Assembly (NCBI GenBank): GCA_965215335.1
Contig: CBDCDA010000001.1
Coordinates: 1,568,001-1,632,000 of the forward strand
Direction: 5' to 3'
Length of the DNA stretch: 64,000 nt
From: an uncultured Candidatus Entotheonella sp.
GTDB lineage: Bacteria > Tectomicrobia > Entotheonellia > Entotheonellales > Entotheonellaceae
The notes under the pieces are model-generated. The model was given only the letters and a program-made list of their open reading frames with translations, had not been told where the DNA came from and ran no database searches. Position 1 is the stretch's first letter. The number at the start of each line of letters is the position of its first letter. Positions 1 through 9,929 of this stretch are shown here, one piece after another. The position numbers were made by a program, and so were the translations under genes.

Positions 1-625
1 TGTCGGGGTTGGGCCAGTAGGGCACCCGCCCGAAGGACGGCTTGTGGCCGAAGACGCCGCACAGCGCGGCAGGAATGCGGATGGAGCCGGCGCCGTCCGA
101 GCCGTGCGCCAGCGGCCCCAGCCCAGCGGCCACTGCCGCCGCGGCACCGCCGCTCGAGGCGCCCGAGGTGCGGTCCAGCTTCCACGGGTTGCGGCACGGC
201 GGCCCCAGCAGGTTGTCGCACATGTCCTTGTGCCCGTAGTGCGACGTGTTCGTCTTGCCGATGACGATGCCGCCGGCAGCCTTGGCACGTTCCGTTACCA
301 GGCCGTCGCTGTCCGCAACGTTGTCGGCAAAGAACTTGGAGCCGAAGGTGCAGCGCAGGCCGGCGACGGGTTCCAGGTCCTTGATGGACACGGGCAGGCC
401 GTACAAGGCGCCTGCCGCCTCGCCCCGCATGACGCCCGCCTCCGCCGCTCGCGCCGCCTCGCGTGCCCGCTCGCCGTCCAACGCCAGGTAGGCATTGACG
501 TGCGGGTTCACCGCCTCGATGCGCGCCAGCACCGCGTCCATGATTTCCACCGGCGAAAGCCGCCGCTGTCGAATCGCCGCCGCCAGCTCGGTGGCCGACG
601 TAAAATAAAGCTCCGTTGCGTCCAT
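1..625 (-). CDS. Amidase-signature family protein (partial, runs off window start)
   Basis: Manual translation from ATG at 625: MDATELYFTSATELAAAIRQRRLSPVE...GLPVSIKDL...GKTNT...RTSGASSGGAAAAVAAG...GSDGAGSIRIPAALCGVFGHKPS, which carries the amidase Lys-cisSer-Ser signature. Not in the ORF track because it has no stop inside the window. Confidence 0.9.
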   Translation of the reverse strand, partial: MDATELYFTSATELAAAIRQRRLSPVEIMDAVLARIEAVNPHVNAYLALDGERAREAARAAEAGVMRGEAAGALYGLPVSIKDLEPVAGLRCTFGSKFFADNVADSDGLVTERAKAAGGIVIGKTNTSHYGHKDMCDNLLGPPCRNPWKLDRTSGASSGGAAAAVAAGLGPLAHGSDGAGSIRIPAALCGVFGHKPSFGRVPYWPNPD

Positions 626-739
626 CGCGCTCTCCCACGTCACCGTCGGTTGGTCATGCCAGGATTTTGGGGTTGCTGCCGAGGCGAGCGTAGGGCGACG
701 GGGTGTGAAAGTCAATTGGGGATTGGGGGCTTGCACGCG

Positions 740-2206
740 TTACGCTGAGGCTGAATTCGACGGCTCCGGCGTTGTTTCAGGAACAAACAGACCCCGCAGC
801 AGGTCGCGCGCCGCGGCGTCGCCGCTGCGGATGCAGTCGGGCACGCCGACGCCGTGGCAGGCGTTGCCGGCCAGCGCCAGGCCTGGCCAGCGGCGGACCG
901 CTGCTTCGAGACACTCGACGCGCGCCAGGTGTCCGACGTGGTACTGCGGCATGGCGCTCGCATGGCGGCTCACGAGACAGAGCGTCGGCGTGCCGGTGAG
1001 ACCCAGCAGTTGCCGCAGGTCCCGGCAAACGGCGTCTTGCAGCTTTGTGTCGGGCCAAAGGGCTTGTTCCTGCTGCAAGGCGCCACCGACAAAAGCGCGC
1101 AGGAGCACCTTGCCGGCCGGCGCCCGGCCAGCGAACTTGACGCTGCTGAACGAACAGGCGATCAGGCTCCGTTGCTCCACTGCCGGCACGACGAATCCCA
1201 TGCCGTCCAAGGGATGGGCGATGTCGGCGCGGTCGCATGTCAGCGTGACGATGGCTGACGACGCGTAGGGGATGTCGTGCAGCCCGGCGGCCAATTTGGG
1301 GTCGAGACCGCTCAGCAGGCGCGCCGCCTGCGGCGCGGCAAGCGCCAGGCAGAGGGAATCGGCTTCGAGATCGGGGCCGTCTTGCGAGGAAACGATCCAG
1401 CGTTGGCTGTCAGGGTCGCGCCGCACGCTATGGACAGGGGTTTGCAGGCGCACGGTGCTGGCGGGCAGGCGATCGGCGAGGGCGTCTACCAGCGTTTGCA
1501 TGCCGTGCCGGAAGGACGCGAACAGGCCGTAACGGGCGCCGCTGACGCCCGGCTGCTGCGTGCTGGCTTGGCGCTGCCGGCGGCGCAGCGCCAGGATCAG
1601 GCTGCGGTGGCACCGCTCCATTTCCAGGAATTGCGGCATCGTAGCCCGCATGCTGAGACGGCGCGGGTCAGCGGGGTAAATGGCGCCGACCATGGGCTGG
1701 GCCATGCGCTCCAGGGCTTCCCGGCCCAGGCGGCGGGTGACGAAATCGGCGAGGGATTCGTCGTCTTCCGACGTGCGGCGGGGCAGCGCGAGGTCCAGGG
1801 CCATGCGCAGCTTGCCGGGCCAACTGAACGCAGGGGTTGTGACGAACGGCCACAAGGATCCCGGCGCCATCAGGTAAACCCCCTGCGGAACCGGCACGAG
1901 CTTGCCGCGGCGCACGATGAAGCTCTGTCGAGGCTCAGTGGTGGTGGCGATCAATTCGGGGTTCAGCCCGAGTTCGTCACACAGTTCGACGCCCCAAGGT
2001 TTGGTGGTGAGAAAGCAGTCCGGCCCCTCTTCCAGCAGCAGGCCGTCTTCACGGCGGGTGGCGATGACGCCGCCGAGCCGCTCACTGGCCTCCAGCAACA
2101 CGACGTCGAGCGGCAGGTCGCCGGCCTGCGCCTGTTGCGTCAGACGATAACAGGCGGTCAGGCCCGTGATGCCGCCACCGATGACCACCGCCCGCTTGCG
2201 GTTCAC
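740..2206 (-). CDS. hemY: Protoporphyrinogen/coproporphyrinogen oxidase (HemY family)
   Basis: VIGGGITGL FAD motif, LEEGPDCF, GMGFVVP, MPQYHVGH, GVGVPDCI. Start placed at GTG 2206, overlapping the hemH stop (GTGA). Confidence 0.92.
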   Translation of the reverse strand: MNRKRAVVIGGGITGLTACYRLTQQAQAGDLPLDVVLLEASERLGGVIATRREDGLLLEEGPDCFLTTKPWGVELCDELGLNPELIATTTEPRQSFIVRRGKLVPVPQGVYLMAPGSLWPFVTTPAFSWPGKLRMALDLALPRRTSEDDESLADFVTRRLGREALERMAQPMVGAIYPADPRRLSMRATMPQFLEMERCHRSLILALRRRQRQASTQQPGVSGARYGLFASFRHGMQTLVDALADRLPASTVRLQTPVHSVRRDPDSQRWIVSSQDGPDLEADSLCLALAAPQAARLLSGLDPKLAAGLHDIPYASSAIVTLTCDRADIAHPLDGMGFVVPAVEQRSLIACSFSSVKFAGRAPAGKVLLRAFVGGALQQEQALWPDTKLQDAVCRDLRQLLGLTGTPTLCLVSRHASAMPQYHVGHLARVECLEAAVRRWPGLALAGNACHGVGVPDCIRSGDAAARDLLRGLFVPETTPEPSNSASA

Positions 2207-3219
2207 CGTCTGCTCCACGCCGTTCCCTCCCCCTGCCCCCTCCCAGAGGGAGGGAGATTTAGGGCCAGATGCGCGCTGATCCGGTCGCTGAGCATGGCCA
2301 CGAACGCCGGGTGGTTGCTGACGGTGCCGGAGCGCACGTAGCCCAGGCCGCACGCTTCGGCGGTCGCCTTCGCCTGCACGTCGAGGTCGTACAACACCTC
2401 CATGTGGTCGCACAGAAAGCCGATAGGGGCAACGACCACGTCGCAAAAGCCGTCTTCGTGCACCTGCTGGATGACGTCGTTGACGTCCGGCTGCAGCCAG
2501 GTGACCGGCGTGCCGGTCACCTGGCTCTGGTAGGCGATGCGGTGTTGTCGGCGGCGCAGGCGTTGCGTCACCGCGGCCGCGGTTTCACGGAACTGGCGCG
2601 TGTATGGTGCCCGGTCCGCCATCGGTTCGGGGATGGCGTGCGCCGTGTAGATGAGCGCCGCCGCGCCACCGCGCGCCGCGCCCAGCGACGCAACGGCCTG
2701 CCCGACGCCATCGGCGATGGCGTCGACAAAGCCCGCTTGGATATGCCAGGGCGAGAGGTATGTCATCCGTGGGCCGCGTTCGCCGAGGGCCGCGACCCCG
2801 TCCGCTACCGAATACTGGTAGTGCTCCCAGCTGGCGGCGCACTGGAAGGGTGAAAGGATGACCCCCAGCACGTGCTGGCAGCCCAGGTCGACCATGTCGG
2901 CCAGCACGGTATCGACATACGGCGGCCAGAAGCGCATGCCGACGCGGACTGGTACCGTGTGACCCTTGGCTCGCAGGGCGGCCGACACGCTTTCGGCCTG
3001 CTGCAGCGTCAAGGCGTTGAACGGCGAATAGCCCCCGAACACGTCGTAATGCGCCACCACCTCGTCAATTCTCGCCTGTGCACCGGGCCGCTCGCCGACA
3101 ACCGCGCGCACGAAACAGGCCGCCTCGCGTCCGGGGCATGGGTCGTAGCGCTGACAACAGCCGGGTGTCGGGCCGCCGAATCCGATCAGCAGCACGCCGT
3201 CGATGGCTGGGTCCGTCAT
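2203..3219 (-). CDS. hemH: Ferrochelatase (proto- or coproporphyrin)
   Basis: GFGGP, GGYSPFN, GMRFWPPY, TAHAIP, YQSQ, WLQPD, PIGFLCDHMEVLYDLD; located between hemE and hemY. Confidence 0.92.
   Translation of the reverse strand: MTDPAIDGVLLIGFGGPTPGCCQRYDPCPGREAACFVRAVVGERPGAQARIDEVVAHYDVFGGYSPFNALTLQQAESVSAALRAKGHTVPVRVGMRFWPPYVDTVLADMVDLGCQHVLGVILSPFQCAASWEHYQYSVADGVAALGERGPRMTYLSPWHIQAGFVDAIADGVGQAVASLGAARGGAAALIYTAHAIPEPMADRAPYTRQFRETAAAVTQRLRRRQHRIAYQSQVTGTPVTWLQPDVNDVIQQVHEDGFCDVVVAPIGFLCDHMEVLYDLDVQAKATAEACGLGYVRSGTVSNHPAFVAMLSDRISAHLALNLPPSGRGQGEGTAWSRR
2225..2257. repeat. Palindromic element copy 1 (in-frame in hemH 3' end)
   Basis: CCCTCCCCCTGCCCCCTCCCAGAGGGAGGGAGA; 2225-2254 matches 26536-26565 at 29/30 nt. 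Confidence 0.8.
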
Positions 3220-4280
3220 GACGGCTCCCGTGTGCTCAGATCGTGGACGGCGTCGACCAGGGCGCGAACGTTGTCCACCGGCGTTGTCGGCAGGATGCCG
3301 TGCCCCAGGTTGAAGACGTGTCCGGCGCGCCCGGCCGCTTGCCGCAGGATCTCCTGCACCCGCTGGCGGATGTATGGGGACTCAGCCATCAGCACGGCAG
3401 GGTCGAGATTGCCCTGAATGCCGACGTCTCCCAGCCGCCGCCAGGCGTCATCCAGCTCGACCCGGAAATCGACCCCGATCACGTCGCCACCGGCTTGGCG
3501 CATCAACTCCAGCAGGGCGTTGGTGCCGGTGCCGAAGTGGAGCACCGGCACGCCGGGGGCGACGTTGGCGATCACCTCACGCGAGTGCGGCAACACGAAG
3601 GCGCGGTAATCCGCCGGCGACAGGTTGCCGACCCAGCTGTCGAACAGTTGCACCGCCTGCGCACCGGCCGCTACCTGGGCGTTGAGATAACGCGCCACGT
3701 TGCGGCTCAGCAGCGCCATGAGGGCGTGCCACGCCTGCGGCTGCGTGTACATGAACTGCTTGGTGCGCGTGTATTGGCGTGACGAGCCGCCCTCGATCAT
3801 GTAGGAGGCCAGCGTGAAGGGCGCCCCGGCAAAGCCGATCAGCGGCAGGCCCGGCGCCAGTGCGGCACGTGCGGCGCGGATCGCCTGCATCACGTAGGGC
3901 AGCGATTCGGCGGTGCCCACCTCCTGCAGCCGCTCGACGTCAGCCGCGGTTTGCAGGGGATCGTGCAGCACCGGCCCGTTGCCGGCGCTGAATTCGAGCT
4001 GCATGCCCATCGGCTCGAGAATCAGCAGGATGTCGGCAAAGATGATCGCCGCATCAACGCCCAGGCGCTCGACGGCGTCCACCGTCACCTCGGCCGCCAG
4101 GTCCGGCGTTTTGCACAGTTCCAGCAACGACACCCGCGTGCGCACCTGCCGGTACGATTCCATATACCGCCCGGCCTGGCGCATCAGCCACACCGGCGTA
4201 TACGGCGTCGGCTCGCGCCGGCAGGCCCGCATGAAGGTCGAATCGAACAGCGTCGCGGGCGGTCTGGGGGTCTCTGGCAT
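3216..4280 (-). CDS. hemE: Uroporphyrinogen decarboxylase
   Basis: PVWLMRQAGRYM, DAAIIFADIL, GFAGAPFTLASYMIEGG, QLFDSW, QGNLDP, FNLGHGI. Confidence 0.97.
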   Translation of the reverse strand: MPETPRPPATLFDSTFMRACRREPTPYTPVWLMRQAGRYMESYRQVRTRVSLLELCKTPDLAAEVTVDAVERLGVDAAIIFADILLILEPMGMQLEFSAGNGPVLHDPLQTAADVERLQEVGTAESLPYVMQAIRAARAALAPGLPLIGFAGAPFTLASYMIEGGSSRQYTRTKQFMYTQPQAWHALMALLSRNVARYLNAQVAAGAQAVQLFDSWVGNLSPADYRAFVLPHSREVIANVAPGVPVLHFGTGTNALLELMRQAGGDVIGVDFRVELDDAWRRLGDVGIQGNLDPAVLMAESPYIRQRVQEILRQAAGRAGHVFNLGHGILPTTPVDNVRALVDAVHDLSTREPS

Positions 4281-4299
4281 ATGGATTCCTTTCTGCGGT

Positions 4300-4467
4300 C
4301 TACTTGAAAACCAAGTCCCTGAACAGGATCAGCACGATTGGACCGATAAATCCAGACCACCAGACCAAAAAGCCACACCAGCCAGTTGCGCATCTGGCGC
4401 ATGTCCGCTCGGAGTTCCGAAAACCCTTCCTCCATGCGCTTTCGATGCCGAGAAAGCATTCGTCCAT
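4300..4467 (-). pseudogene. Frameshifted small coiled-coil plus C-terminal transmembrane protein (DUF1640/XhlA-like architecture)
   Basis: Joining frames gives MDECFLGIE|KRMEEGFSELRADMRQMRNWLVWLFGLVV|GFIGPIVLILFRDLVFK*, which requires two compensating frameshifts. Confidence 0.45.
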
Positions 4468-4484
4468 GAAAACCGGTTCGTGGA

Positions 4485-5279
4485 TCAAGCCGGCAGGCCG
4501 TCCAGAAACGACATGACCGCATTCGTGAAGGCGGCCGGCTGCTCGATGTTCGCCAAGTGGCCGGCGTCGGGAATGATGACCAGCTGCGAGCCGGCGATGC
4601 GGCGGTGCATCAGTTTTGACGGCTCGATGAAGGGCTCGTCCATGTTGCCGACAACGATCAGCGCCGGCAGCGTGATCTGCCCGAGCTCGCCGGTGCGGTC
4701 CCGCATGCGCGACAACGCCCGCAGGCCGCTACAGTAGCCGATGACGTTGTTCTGCGCCATGCGGTCGCGGTATTCCTTGATGGCGTACGGATTATCCTGC
4801 AGGTGCGGCGCCAGCAGCCTGTTGTCGATCATGTGATCCGCCAGCCCGGCCATGCCGAGGCGCTGCGCCAGGTCGATCATGTCGTCGGGATTGGTGAGCA
4901 GCGGCACGTCTGGGCGCGCCGCGGCGCTGTCCGCGATGATGACGCCTTTCAGTAACTCCTGGTGCGCCAGGGCGAAGTGCACGGTAATCATGCCGCCGAT
5001 GGACAGCCCGCCGAGCACGAACTCGCCGAGCCCCAGATATCGCACCAGCTGGTGCAGGTCCTCGGTATGCTGATCGAGCGAATACGCGCCCGCCGGACTG
5101 TCGCTGCGGCCCATGCCTCGGATGTCGTAGGTGATGAACTGGTATCGCTTGCTGAACACCGGCGCTTGCAGGCTCCACATGGTGCAATCGCTGGTGAAAC
5201 TGTGCGAAAAGAGCACCGGCAGGCCGCTGCCCTGGTATTCGTAGTACATGTCGATGCCGTTCACGTGTGCCTTGGGCAT
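4485..5279 (-). CDS. Alpha/beta hydrolase (3-oxoadipate enol-lactonase-like)
   Basis: YDIRGMGRS, GLSIGG nucleophile elbow, GNMDE acid, AGHLANIEQP catalytic His. Confidence 0.88.
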   Translation of the reverse strand: MPKAHVNGIDMYYEYQGSGLPVLFSHSFTSDCTMWSLQAPVFSKRYQFITYDIRGMGRSDSPAGAYSLDQHTEDLHQLVRYLGLGEFVLGGLSIGGMITVHFALAHQELLKGVIIADSAAARPDVPLLTNPDDMIDLAQRLGMAGLADHMIDNRLLAPHLQDNPYAIKEYRDRMAQNNVIGYCSGLRALSRMRDRTGELGQITLPALIVVGNMDEPFIEPSKLMHRRIAGSQLVIIPDAGHLANIEQPAAFTNAVMSFLDGLPA

Positions 5280-5309
5280 GATCGATCTCCTTGACTCGTG
5301 ATCAGGGGT

Positions 5310-5777
5310 TCATGTTTTGCCGGTCTCTTGCAACACCACAAGCTCCTGGCCTGCGGCTACCTGGTCGCCTTCCCCGCACAGCAGACTGGCCACCGTGCCA
5401 TCGTGCGGCGCGGTGATCTGCTGTTCCATCTTCATCGCCTCCAGAATGAGCAGGGCGTCCCCGGCGCGAACGCTGTCACCCACCTTGGCCAGCACACGGA
5501 TGATACGCCCGGCCATCGGCGCTTGCAGGTCACCCGGCGCGCTCGCGGGTGCGCGGCGGCGCTGCCTGGCGTCGTACAGGCGGTACTCGCGCCCGGCGAC
5601 CTGCACGGTGGTCTCGCCGCCCTGCCTGAGAAACGCGGCGCGCCGCAGGCTTCTGGCCGGCAGGTCGAAAACGCAGTCCCGCACCGTGACACGATAGCCG
5701 GCCTCCGGATCGTCCAGCGGCGCGATGTTGACCTCGACGGTTTCGTCTGCGCCGGGAATTCGGTACGTAAACCTCAC
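5310..5777 (-). CDS. Biotin carboxyl carrier subunit of an acyl-CoA carboxylase
   Basis: APMAG...LEAMKMEQQITAPHDG biotinylation motif; GTG start at 5777 overlaps the upstream stop. Confidence 0.9.
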   Translation of the reverse strand: MRFTYRIPGADETVEVNIAPLDDPEAGYRVTVRDCVFDLPARSLRRAAFLRQGGETTVQVAGREYRLYDARQRRRAPASAPGDLQAPMAGRIIRVLAKVGDSVRAGDALLILEAMKMEQQITAPHDGTVASLLCGEGDQVAAGQELVVLQETGKT

Positions 5778-7291
5778 CGCACGCCCCCCACCCGCCAGCC
5801 ATCGTGCCGCGTCCACGGGTTCGAGGCGCCCTGGCCGGCGTCCGCGAACTCGGCAACCGGCGTGGCCGTCCCGCTTTCATGTTGCAACAGGTCGCCGAGC
5901 GCGGCCAGCGCCAGAACGTCCGACGGCACGGGCACGGTGGGTTGCCAGTCTGGATAATGCCGTTCAATGAACGCTGTGTTGGTATCCCCGGCGGCGAATG
6001 CCTCCGACTCGATCACGTCGAGCAGAAACTCGCGGTTGGTCGTCAGGCCGAGGACCACGTAATCGCACAGCAGGAGGCGCATGCGTAGCCGCGCCTCCTC
6101 CCGCGTCGCGCCGTGGGTGATCAGCTTCGCCAGGATGGGATCGTAGTACGGGGTGATCTCCTGGTGCAGGGCCAGACCACTGTCAATGCGGCATCCCGGC
6201 CCGTGTGGCTCGCGCAGGATACGAACGCGGCCAGTGGCGGGCAGGAACCCGTTGGCGGGGTTCTCGGCGTACAGGCGGCACTCGATGGCGTGGCCGCGCT
6301 GCGTCAACTGCGCCTGGGTGAACGCCAGGGGCTCGTCGCCGGCGATGCGCAACTGCTGGTGTACGAGATCGACGCCGCTGACTTGCTCGGTGATGGCGTG
6401 TTCGACCTGCAGCCGGGTGTTCATTTCGAGGAAATAGAACGCGCCATCCGGTGCCAGCAGGAACTCGACCGTGCCGGCGCTGGTGTAATTCACGGCGTCG
6501 GCGAGGCGCAGCGCGGCATCTGTCATGCGTTGCCGCAGGTCGGCATCGACCGCCGGCGAGGGCGTCTCCTCGACGATCTTCTGGTGCCGCCGCTGGATCG
6601 AGCACTCGCGCTCGAACAGGTGAACCCGGTTGCCGAAGGGGTCGCCGAGCACCTGCACCTCCACGTGCCGCGGGCGGTCGATGTAGGTTTCGAGCAGCAG
6701 CGTGGCATCGCCGAACGCCTGTTGCGCCTCGCGCGCGCCGGCTTCGAGCGCCGCCGGCAAATCCGCGGCGTGTTCGACGACACGCATGCCCTTGCCACCG
6801 CCACCGGCCGCCGCCTTTACCAGCACCGGGTAGCCGAGCCGCTCCGCCGCTCGCGGCGCCTCACGCGCCAGGCTGGCCGCATCAGGCGCCCGGAAGCTGG
6901 GAATGACGGGTACACCGGCGCGCTCGGCGATCCGTTTGGAAATAATTTTCGATCCCATGTCACGGATGGCCGCGGCGCTGGGGCCGACGAAAATCAGCCC
7001 GGCCTTGACACACGACGCGGCAAATGCGGCGTTTTCGGACAGGAAGCCGTACCCTGGATGCACTGCGTCGGCGCCGCAGGCCCGCGCCGCTTCGAGTATG
7101 CGAGAAGCATTCAGGTAGCTTTGCGCCGGCGCCGGCGGGCCGAGGTGAACCGCCTCGTCCGCCAGCTGGGTATGCGGCGCCTCGCGGTCAGCCGTCGAGT
7201 AGACCGCTACGGTACGCAGGCCGAGCTCGCGCGCCGCGCGCATGATGCGCACCGCGATCTCGCCTCGATTGGCAACCAGCAACTTTTGCAT
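5774..7291 (-). CDS. Biotin carboxylase subunit (3-methylcrotonyl-CoA carboxylase alpha-like)
   Basis: LVANRGEIA, HPGYGFLSEN, GGGGKGMR, ERECSIQRRHQK, FLEMNTRLQVEH. Confidence 0.93.
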   Translation of the reverse strand: MQKLLVANRGEIAVRIMRAARELGLRTVAVYSTADREAPHTQLADEAVHLGPPAPAQSYLNASRILEAARACGADAVHPGYGFLSENAAFAASCVKAGLIFVGPSAAAIRDMGSKIISKRIAERAGVPVIPSFRAPDAASLAREAPRAAERLGYPVLVKAAAGGGGKGMRVVEHAADLPAALEAGAREAQQAFGDATLLLETYIDRPRHVEVQVLGDPFGNRVHLFERECSIQRRHQKIVEETPSPAVDADLRQRMTDAALRLADAVNYTSAGTVEFLLAPDGAFYFLEMNTRLQVEHAITEQVSGVDLVHQQLRIAGDEPLAFTQAQLTQRGHAIECRLYAENPANGFLPATGRVRILREPHGPGCRIDSGLALHQEITPYYDPILAKLITHGATREEARLRMRLLLCDYVVLGLTTNREFLLDVIESEAFAAGDTNTAFIERHYPDWQPTVPVPSDVLALAALGDLLQHESGTATPVAEFADAGQGASNPWTRHDGWRVGGVR

Positions 7292-7321
7292 GGGACAACC
7301 TTCGCATCCGTTGGCGCCGCG

Positions 7322-8932
7322 TTACATGCGGAAGATGCCGTAACGCGGGGATTCGACGGGCTGTTTCATGGCCATGGCGATCGACAAGCCCAGCACCCGC
7401 CGGGTTTCCAGCGGGTCGAGAATCCCGTCGTCCCACAGCCGCGCCGTGGCGTAGTAGGGCGAGCCCTCGTGCTCGTAGGTGTCGAGGATGGGCTGCTTGA
7501 AGACTTCCTGTGCCGCCGCGTCGAGCTCGGGTTCGCCGCGCTTGCGCAACTGCTCCTGCTTCACCGTCAGCAGCACGCCCGCTGCCTGCTCGCCGCCCAT
7601 CACGGAGATGCGCGCGCTCGGCCACGAAAACAGTAGCCTCGGGCTGTAGGCGCGCCCGCACATGCCGTAGTTGCCGGCTCCAAAGGAGCCGCCGATGATC
7701 AGGGTGAAACGCGGCACCCGGGTGTTGGCCACCGCCATGACCATCTTGGCGCCGTCCTTGGCGATGCCGGCGCTTTCGGCCTGTACCCCGACCATGAACC
7801 CGGCGATGTTTTGCAGAAACAGGAGCGGAATCCCGCGCTGGTCGCACAACTCGATGAAGTGCGTACCCTTGAGGGACGAGTCGGAGAACAGCACGCCGTT
7901 GTTGGCCAGGATGCCGACCGGATAGCCCTCCAGGCGGGCAAAGCCGCACACCAGCGTGGTGCCGTACAGCGGCTTGAACTCGTGAAAGCGCGAGCCGTCT
8001 ACCAGGCGGGCGATGATTTCCCGCACGTCGTAGGGCTGGCGCGGCGACGGCGGCAGGATGCCGTAGCACTCGCGCGGGTCGTAGAGCGGCTCCTCGGGCG
8101 GCTCGACGCTGCATGCCGGGCGGCGGGTGTCGTTAAGGTTCTCGACAATGCTGCGGCAGATGTCCAGGGCGTGCGCGTCATCGTCGGCCAGGTGATCGGT
8201 GACCCCGGAGCGGCTGGCGTGCATCAGGCCGCCGCCAAGCTCCTCGGCGCTGACGTCCTCGCCGGTCGACGCCTTCACCAACGGCGGCCCGGCGAGGAAG
8301 ATCGTGCCCTGGTTGCGCACGATGATGGTTTCGTCGGACATGGCGGGAACGTAGGCGCCGCCGGCCGTGCAGGAGCCCATGACGACGGCGATCTGCGGGA
8401 TGCCGGCGGCCGACATGGTGGCCTGGTTGTAGAAGATGCGCCCGAAATGCTCGCGGTCGGGAAACACCTCGGCCTGCAGGGGCAGGAAGGCGCCGCCGGA
8501 GTCGACGAGATAGATGCACGGCAGGCGGTTGTCGTGCGCCACTTCTTGGGCCCGCAGGTGCTTCTTGACGGTGAGGGGAAAGTAGGTGCCGCCCTTCACG
8601 GTGGCGTCGTTGGCGATGATCATCACCTCGCCGGCGTGCACGGCGCCGATGCCGGTGACGATGCCGGCGCCGGGGGCGGCGCGGTCATACATGTCGTGAG
8701 CGGCCAGGGGAGAGAGTTCCAGAAACGGGGCGCCGGGATCCAGCAGGGCGTCGATGCGCTCGCGCGCCAGCAGCTTGCCGCGCTGCCGGTGCAGGGCCAC
8801 GGCCCGTTCCCCACCGCCGTCGCGCACCCGTCGAAGCGTCTCGCGCAGGCGCTCGGCCTGCTCCAGATTATGCGCCATGTTGCGCTTGAACTCGGGGCCG
8901 TCCGGGTCGATACGCGACTGCAGGATGTCCAT
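7322..8932 (-). CDS. Carboxyltransferase subunit (3-methylcrotonyl-CoA carboxylase beta-like)
   Basis: [59 protein letters not shown]-terminal YGIFRM typical of MccB/LiuB. Confidence 0.92.
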   Translation of the reverse strand: MDILQSRIDPDGPEFKRNMAHNLEQAERLRETLRRVRDGGGERAVALHRQRGKLLARERIDALLDPGAPFLELSPLAAHDMYDRAAPGAGIVTGIGAVHAGEVMIIANDATVKGGTYFPLTVKKHLRAQEVAHDNRLPCIYLVDSGGAFLPLQAEVFPDREHFGRIFYNQATMSAAGIPQIAVVMGSCTAGGAYVPAMSDETIIVRNQGTIFLAGPPLVKASTGEDVSAEELGGGLMHASRSGVTDHLADDDAHALDICRSIVENLNDTRRPACSVEPPEEPLYDPRECYGILPPSPRQPYDVREIIARLVDGSRFHEFKPLYGTTLVCGFARLEGYPVGILANNGVLFSDSSLKGTHFIELCDQRGIPLLFLQNIAGFMVGVQAESAGIAKDGAKMVMAVANTRVPRFTLIIGGSFGAGNYGMCGRAYSPRLLFSWPSARISVMGGEQAAGVLLTVKQEQLRKRGEPELDAAAQEVFKQPILDTYEHEGSPYYATARLWDDGILDPLETRRVLGLSIAMAMKQPVESPRYGIFRM

Positions 8933-8979
8933 CGTGCCGGCTCATTCCGCCAGGAGTGAGAGGGTGAACGCCGGGCGCC

Positions 8980-9687
8980 TCACTGCGGCACCTCGAGGCG
9001 GCGGAACGCCTCCGCATAGTCGCACCCGGCTTCGGCACCATGTTTGGCGGCCCACTCGCGCACGAAGCCGGCGATGCGCTCGGGGTCGGTGATCTGGCTG
9101 TGGTGGCTCGTCAGTGCCTGCACCTTGAGGTCGATGGCTTCCGTGATGTCGACGTACGTGTCGGGGTTGGCGACGCCGCTGAAGTAGACCTCACGCACCC
9201 GGTGCGGCGGCAGCCCGGTGTCGGGTTCGGGAATGTAGGTGGCGGTGCCGGCGGCGGGATAGATGGCGTCGTACAGGGCGATGGCGGTGGCGCGGTGGTC
9301 GGGGTGGTACAGATAGAAGTTGTCGAATCCTCCTTGGGTCGGCTCCAGGCTGACCACGATGTTCGGCTTGAGGCGCCGCAGCGCGTTGACCAGGCAATCG
9401 CGCAGCTGCAGGTTGGGCTCCAGCCGCCCGTCGGGAAGGCCCAGGAAAACGACCTCCTTGACGCCCAGAACGCCGGCGGCAATGCGCTGCTCCGCCTCGC
9501 GGATGTCGGCCATTTCCGCTCGTGAGAATTTCCGCTTGTCGATATGATCTTCGCCGCTCTCACCGCTGGTGGTCAGTACGTAATACACGTCCTTGCCCTG
9601 CTTTGCCCAGACGGCTGCGGCGCCGCCGGCAGCCCAGTCCAGGTCGTCGGGATGGGCGCCGAAAACGGCGACGACGTCGCGCTCCAT
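8980..9687 (-). CDS. PIG-L/LmbE family N-acetyl deacetylase
   Basis: AHPDD, TSGESG, REAEQ, HPDHRA, KVQALTSHHSQ, YAEAF; start set at ATG 9687 (MERDVVAVF). Confidence 0.88.
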   Translation of the reverse strand: MERDVVAVFGAHPDDLDWAAGGAAAVWAKQGKDVYYVLTTSGESGEDHIDKRKFSRAEMADIREAEQRIAAGVLGVKEVVFLGLPDGRLEPNLQLRDCLVNALRRLKPNIVVSLEPTQGGFDNFYLYHPDHRATAIALYDAIYPAAGTATYIPEPDTGLPPHRVREVYFSGVANPDTYVDITEAIDLKVQALTSHHSQITDPERIAGFVREWAAKHGAEAGCDYAEAFRRLEVPQ

Positions 9688-9792
9688 GTGTCTTCTCCGG
9701 TATGGCGTGATTTTGTTGGGATGGGGTGCTATCAGCGAGGCGTCAGCATAGTGCCTTTTGGCCGGTGCTGCAAACCGCGCGGAGCCACGAGA

Positions 9793-9820
9793 CAGGGCGG
9801 GCGCATATGGCGTCGTCCGG
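9793..9820 (+). mobile_element. Solo ISAs1-like terminal repeat remnant
   Basis: CAGGGCGGGCGCATATGGCGTCGTCCGG matches the MITE left end at 25165 (CAGGGTAAGCGCATATGGCATTATCCGG) at 22/28 nt. Confidence 0.5.
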
Positions 9821-9929
9821 TCAACGCCGGTGATAGATGGAGCATCTTCGAGTCGAAGCGTCATCCGACATTCCATCGCGCCCGCGAGCTTTTGTCGTCG
9901 GATTACGCTTGCCTCAAACACGGAGTCCT

